In this document: positions 61,280 through 64,000 of the stretch, one piece after another | How the letters are laid out: the number at the start of each line of letters is the position of its first letter | Numbering within the stretch: the stretch's first letter is position 1 | DNA from: Paraphysomonas bandaiensis | Taxonomy: Eukaryota > Protista > Chrysophyceae | Length of the DNA: 64,000 bases | Direction of reading: 5' to 3' | Assembly (NCBI GenBank): GCA_965644295.1 | Contig: CBFFRP010000164.1 | Coordinates: 119,742 to 183,741, forward strand | Position numbers and translations under genes: made by a program | Notes under the pieces: generated by a model | Seen by the model: the letters and a program-made list of their open reading frames with translations, nothing else | Databases searched by the model: none | What the model was told of the DNA's origin: nothing

Positions 61280-64000
61280 CGCCCAACAAACACCCAATAA
61301 CAAATTACAAATAGAGCCTACACACACTCCAGTGCAGGGATGCAGCCCTGGCAGTGTTGCTCTGACCCACAGCATGACCTCCCCCAGTGCCATCCTCGCA
61401 GTCTGCATATCCGACAGGGTCCCCATTCTGCGGGTTTACTCAACAACCAATTTCGCCCCCATCAGCTCATTGCAACAGCTGAAAACGCTGCTCCAAGCTT
61501 ACTGGCCTATCCCACAACACCCGAAACCACCCTGGAGGCACCTACTTGCACCGAACACGCCCTCTGTGGAATATTAAGGGTACCAGAGCTCCATCACAAA
61601 CCTCGTCTACGGTGTTTTCATACTTTACACTCCTCCGTCACACCCACTCCAACATCATCACACACACCACCGATACTCAGTCGTATACACGCAACCTACA
61701 CCACTGGAATACACCGTATATTACACTGTATATTGTGCAGAGTACACACAATCCACCGCCTCCCGCCTCTACACATGAAGAGTACTACAGCCCTTATACG
61801 CTCTTCCTTACCACTCCAGTATTCTGATGTATACCAGGTATACGCCATCCTGGTTCCACACCGACACACTCCACCCCCACTGCATCTACTCCCTCCTACA
61901 CTATGCCACTATACCTTTTTACATCACACCCCATACATTAACAACAAACACACACAACTCCTTATCTTCCATATGAGCCATATCGACCTGTCCGTGCCTT
62001 ATTTTCGTCGCGATACAATCTAGTCTACACATGGTGCCGACCGCAGAGAACCTCCGTTTCACCGTTACCTCCGCCCACTCTATTCCACTCAACACACACA
62101 CACCGTCCCATTTCGAACCCGCTGTGTTCAACGCCATATGAGCCATGTAGCCATGTATGCACATTGTGCTCGACGCAAAGACCATATGCGATACAGCTCA
62201 CGAGATGCCCAGAGCGGACTGTGGAGATGCTGTGCATGCACCTCGCGTGCCTGTTCACAGCCCATATGGTACTGCTCACCTGCATCAAACCACCCACATC
62301 CACCTCCCCTCCCGTGCCCGTCCAATAGCACACCACCACCTACATCCTCCAACTCACGCTCTCACAGGATGCACAGAGCGGACTGTAGAAACGCTGTGCA
62401 TGCACCAGGTGTGCATGTTCACAGCCCATGGTACTGTTCACCTGCATCAAAACACCCACATCCACCTCCCCTCCTGTTCCCGTGCCCGTCCAATAGCACA
62501 CCACCACCTACATCCTCCAACTCACGCTCTCACAGGATGCACAGAGCGGACTGTGGAAATGCTGTGCATGCACCAGGCGTGCCTGTTCACAGCCCATGGT
62601 ACTGTTCACCAGCATCAAAACACCCACATCCACCTCCCCTCCTGTTCCCGTCCCCCAGCACACCATCACAAACACCCACTGACGCAGAGCAAAGAGAAAC
62701 AAAATCCACCCAGACCACGCCAGTTTGGACCCGGCTACAGTAGCGACGACAGCGGCGATGGCCCGCGCAAGCGACGACCACACAAACCCCCTAACGCGCC
62801 TCAACCACCCATAACCCCAGGACACACTCATAAACCCGATGCCCACACCAAGACACCCGCTCCAGACACCACACGGCAACCTCCCGGACGGCATCGTCAC
62901 AGCCTGACGCTTGCTGACTATTTTCCGCCCATCCCGCCACCCAAGTCTGACGCCCGGAGCACACCCGCGGATCAACCAACACTCTCGCCCGCAGAACAAA
63001 CCCCGATCGAAAACACTCTGGACATTCCCCTATCCCAAGACCGGCCAACCCCATGTGTGTCACCATCCCCCCCGACACTGCTACCCCAGCCCGCTCGGCG
63101 GGAAGCGCCTCCGTTCACCAGTTCACTTACCAACGCCTGGACCGCATACGACAACACACATCGAGTTGCAGTCTCCCTACGCGAAGACCTGCTACGCCAC
63201 ATACACAACACCGTCATGGCAGGCACGACTGACTGGAGTCAGCTTTTTCAAATTATACACGAAGACGCAAACTACATCCAAGTCGCCAACTTCGATTGGG
63301 AGGCTGACTACAGAGCCACAATAGAACGCGGCCTAGACGCCCTTGCAACCACATACCAAATTCATACCGCTCCCTCGCCTGGACACTACCCTAAAGTCCC
63401 TCTACAAACTGCTGACGATGCAAAAGAACTGCATAAGTTCATCGCCCATTTACAACGACTTTGCCTTGCCTCCGGACAGGCTCACACAAGCCGACTGCTC
63501 CGCACCCTCCAATGCGCGCACAAGGCTCTAACCACCATGCCCCCTCAGCGATGCGCACTCTCTGCAGATCATCACATGGAGATCACTGACGTCCAGACAT
63601 TGCTCCAGCTTCTTCGTACCAACTTCCGACTATGGAAAGGAACCTCAGGCTCCCTATCTAGCGGCTGGGTAATGCTACACAACCACCAAAACCACGACCC
63701 CAAAAGACTGCGACCACACACAACGTCGCTGTAACCAACAAACATTACTTCCTCCTACGAATACCGGACATCGGATCCAAGCTCGACGAGGCGCACTGCA
63801 GAGCCAAGTCGGCACTCTCCCACTTCCTCCATCACGCAGCACAGAGGACCCCACAGCCACACCCTCGAGAGGAGCATCAACCCCAATCAGCCCTGCCAAG
63901 GCCCACGTCACTAACGATCCCCGCAGGTCACCTCACCCTTATAGCACCACACAGCGGGGTGCCCGAGCCATAACCGCGCGCCTAGCCGAACCGGGCAACC
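61280..64000 (+). mobile_element. C/A-rich repetitive element with a long Pro/His-rich ORF; possibly the 5' part/ORF1 of a retroelement (incomplete)
   Basis: Strong C+A strand skew, no introns evident, ORF 62157-63734, and a second partial copy inserted with a TSD at 32371-33234. No RT or endonuclease motif is visible in the window. Confidence 0.5.
62210..62670 (+). repeat. Tandem repeat of ~163-169 bp, about 2.7 copies
   Basis: CAGAGCGGACTGT unit starts at 62210, 62373 and 62542. Confidence 0.9.

Overview
AT-rich eukaryotic nuclear DNA with compact genes and short (about 45-60 nt) spliceosomal introns. It is most consistent with a stramenopile carrying a complex red plastid; this is inferred from a bipartite-leader Hsp70, not from any database search. 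Thirteen protein genes can be spliced together by eye: a 9-repeat/ankyrin protein running off the left edge, NDUFB7, a membrane cyclase-like/AGC kinase/receiver fusion, a p25alpha-like/TPR protein, a TVP15/COPI-associated protein, a bacterial-type PARG, an AGC kinase, Hsp70, a sorting nexin, a CLC channel, a DENN protein, a ZSWIM2-like E3 and an S8 protease. A carboxylesterase makes fourteen. The window also holds two tRNA-Arg(ACG) genes in one palindrome, hAT remnants and MITEs, a decayed Ty1/copia element and an unidentified dispersed repeat. The most notable signals are: (1) two identical U17/snR30-type H/ACA snoRNAs in two oversized Hsp70 introns; (2) a single spliced gene fusing a TM-cyclase-TM-cyclase module to an AGC kinase with a response-regulator receiver domain inside its activation segment; (3) a dispersed repeat hit twice at the same site by unrelated inserts, each with a target duplication; (4) a tRNA palindrome with a telomeric-repeat micro-insertion; and (5) a nine-copy PB1-like repeat protein. 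All exon boundaries and RNA folds were derived manually.
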